37,840 bases of DNA from Candidatus Eiseniibacteriota bacterium (lineage in GTDB: Bacteria; Eisenbacteria; RBG-16-71-46; JABDJR01; JAWXBZ01). Below are positions 35,717 to 37,840 of the stretch, piece by piece (the first letter of the stretch is position 1; each line of letters begins with the position of its first letter). Where the stretch lies: assembly GCA_034440375.1 (NCBI GenBank), contig JAWXBZ010000215.1, positions 1 to 37,840 on the forward strand, in the 5' to 3' direction. Below the pieces are notes generated by a model, which saw nothing but the letters and a program-made list of their open reading frames with translations, made no database searches and was not told the origin of the DNA. Both the position numbers and the translations under genes were made by a program.

Positions 35717-37840
35717 TCAGTTGATAACAGACAACTTACCGATGCGGTCCGAATCGGAATCTATTTGATAGAGGTATACCCCTGGCGCGATCCGCCGGCC
35801 ATCGCTCCCAGTGAGATCCCAGATGATTGCCCCGGAGTCGGATTGATTTCCGCTCCAGATCTCCCGACCCGCCAGATCATGCACTGTCACCCGGGAGCCG
35901 ACCGGCACCCAGTCAAAGGTTATCTGCCCCGACCCCGGACGAACCGGATTGGGATAAGCCACCGGTGTCAGGCGAAACGGAATCACATCGGACTCACCGG
36001 GACGGACCGTTTCCCCGCCGGGCCCGACAGCCGAAGAGCGCAGGCGCAGCTGTTGATCCGCGCCGGCCGGCGCGCCGGCCAACGTCAGCCTCACCGTTTC
36101 CTCATCCTCCCGGGTGGCCGTCACGACCTGGGGGCCCCCGATAATTTCGAAGTCGGCCGCCCTCGGATCCACCGGGGAGCCCGGAGCCAATGTCACCAGG
36201 AGTGTCGTGGCGTCCACGGAACGGACTCGCACCAGCGTCAGCGGTCGTTCCGGCACGGTCGGCATGAAGACGAGTCGCGCATCCTCCCCCGCCAGGAGAA
36301 GCCCGCTGTCGCTGACGAATCCGCCCAGAGTCAGCTGATATGTTGCCTGCGGATCCAATCCCGGCGCAAGTTCCACGACCAGCCGACGACCCCCCTGGTC
36401 GAGCAGGGTCGAGAGAATGCCATCGCGGATGTGCGACTGGCCTGTCACTTGATCCTCCCGCACCAGTATCAGCCGGCTCGATTCGTTCATCGTGATCGGC
36501 CGTGTCCACTCGACCAGGAGCCGCCGGCCGTCCCAGGTGGAACCGATCACCGGGTTGGAGGCAATGACGGTGACATCGATGGAGGCCTCGGTCCCGCTCC
36601 CGGAAGACAGCAGGCGATAACGATATCGCCGCCCAGCCTCGGCCATTGGATCGGTGAACGACTTGTTGCCGACGGGAACCGCCCACTCAACGGAGGGGGG
36701 CCCGGGATCGAGCGGATCACGGATGATCCTTCGCACCCACTCGCCAAACCAGTCCAGCTGAATGAGATCGCCGTTCGGCCCGGTACCCCAATGGCGCGCC
36801 CGGAGCAACAGCACTTCCCTTCTGACTGATGGCACCCCACGCTCGAATTCCGTGAGCAGCCCCGCCGACACCAGGTCCCCGTCCGGAGGCGCCAGGCCGG
36901 CCGCCGTCGGCAGGACCGTCAACCGGGAAGTGCGGAAGTTGGTTGTGATCACGTCTCCCGATGCCATCGGACCGTCGCCGACTCCCGGGACGAGCGCCTC
37001 CACATGCAGTTCGCTCGTCAAGGCGCTGAACGACAGTCGCCAGGCCCGACCGTTGATCGTCACCCACAACCATTCCTTCGCGGCGCCGAGTTCGAGGGGT
37101 ATTCCCCCCTGCAGATTCACGGGATTGCCCGGAAAGTACCCGGCCATGCCAAGCCGTTGCCAGGCACGGTAGGTGCCTTCCTCATCCTGCCGCAGGACCA
37201 GCAGCCGATAGCAGCCGTCCCGCAGGGCCACCGTGGGCGACGGGACGTCGCCGATGACCTCGATGACCGCCAACTCGGATCGTCCGTCCCCATCGAGGTC
37301 GGTGGCCGCCACGTCGCCGAGGAAGCCGGATCCCAGGATCTCGGTCTGACGCCAGGAGAATCTCCCGTCGACACCACGCCGCCAGATGAGCAGATCGCCG
37401 TCGCCATCCACGGTGGCCAGGCCGATCCCCTCGCCGGCCTCAGCTTTCAACCGCACGATCGCCGGCGAGATGGTGTTGATCCCGCTGCTTGGATTCGCCA
37501 GGGCCTGGTCCAGGAGCGTCCCGTTCTCGCCGCGACGATGAATCCGAATCTCCGTGTTGAAGCTGGTCACGATGTCGAGTCCCGTGCCGGTCGCGGCGGG
37601 AATGAACGTGGCGGCCCACCCGTCGTTGATCTCGGCCAACTTGAAGGTCGGAAATCCCCCCGGCACGCGGGAGGAGAAGACCTGCGCCTTCTGCAGGGCC
37701 AGGACCAGGAGATCGGGCCGACCGTCACCGTCGAAGTCGCCGGCATCCCGCGGGATGCCCCGTATGTCACTCCGCCATGATTCCTCGAAGCTCGAGGATT
37801 CATCGTGATAACTCCAGGCGCGGAGATCACCGTAGAAAGC
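35717..37840 (-). CDS. Large secreted FG-GAP-repeat protein with C-terminal FlgD-Ig/T9SS-like domain; 5' end outside the window
   Basis: Frame stays open for 58 codons upstream of 37666 to the window edge. DFDGDGRPDL, VDGDGD, DLDGDGRSEL; C-terminal AYPNP...VHDLAGR...WD...GVYLY. Confidence 0.85.
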   Translation of the reverse strand, partial: AFYGDLRAWSYHDESSSFEESWRSDIRGIPRDAGDFDGDGRPDLLVLALQKAQVFSSRVPGGFPTFKLAEINDGWAATFIPAATGTGLDIVTSFNTEIRIHRRGENGTLLDQALANPSSGINTISPAIVRLKAEAGEGIGLATVDGDGDLLIWRRGVDGRFSWRQTEILGSGFLGDVAATDLDGDGRSELAVIEVIGDVPSPTVALRDGCYRLLVLRQDEEGTYRAWQRLGMAGYFPGNPVNLQGGIPLELGAAKEWLWVTINGRAWRLSFSALTSELHVEALVPGVGDGPMASGDVITTNFRTSRLTVLPTAAGLAPPDGDLVSAGLLTEFERGVPSVRREVLLLRARHWGTGPNGDLIQLDWFGEWVRRIIRDPLDPGPPSVEWAVPVGNKSFTDPMAEAGRRYRYRLLSSGSGTEASIDVTVIASNPVIGSTWDGRRLLVEWTRPITMNESSRLILVREDQVTGQSHIRDGILSTLLDQGGRRLVVELAPGLDPQATYQLTLGGFVSDSGLLLAGEDARLVFMPTVPERPLTLVRVRSVDATTLLVTLAPGSPVDPRAADFEIIGGPQVVTATREDEETVRLTLAGAPAGADQQLRLRSSAVGPGGETVRPGESDVIPFRLTPVAYPNPVRPGSGQITFDWVPVGSRVTVHDLAGREIWSGNQSDSGAIIWDLTGSDGRRIAPGVYLYQIDSDSDRIGKLSVIN

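Overview
High-GC bacterial chromosomal window with about 40 tightly packed CDSs. I saw no tRNA, rRNA, CRISPR array, transposase or integrase. LpxH points to a diderm with lipid A. A YPNP-type (FlgD-Ig/T9SS-like) C-terminal domain and Bacteroidota-type families suggest an FCB-superphylum lineage such as Ca. Eisenbacteria or Krumholzibacteriota (inference only). Gene order: a DEGS1/DES1-like sphingolipid delta-4 desaturase homologue running off the left edge and missing from the ORF track, coupled to a conserved SGCSID protein; small lipoprotein, rnd (probable CTG start), EamA; vapBC; ettA; a stand-alone membrane sensor-like protein behind a sigma-54 promoter; PLP aminotransferase; frameshifted DUF4412-like gene; sodA and arginase; a LiaF-like/LytS/LytTR operon with 21-bp-spaced direct repeats; DinB; thioredoxin; ABC exporter; a YhaO/YhaN (Mre11/Rad50-like) pair with a frameshift and a small acidic partner; rhomboid; TPR protein; FAH; an ImmA/IrrE-like protein whose HExxH is HGYGH; lipoproteins; GT4; outer-membrane barrel; beta-CASP nuclease, orphan CheW, STAS, amidase, DegQ; lpxH; and a large FG-GAP protein running off the right edge. 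Several genes appear leaderless. Family calls come from motif recognition by eye, not database searches.
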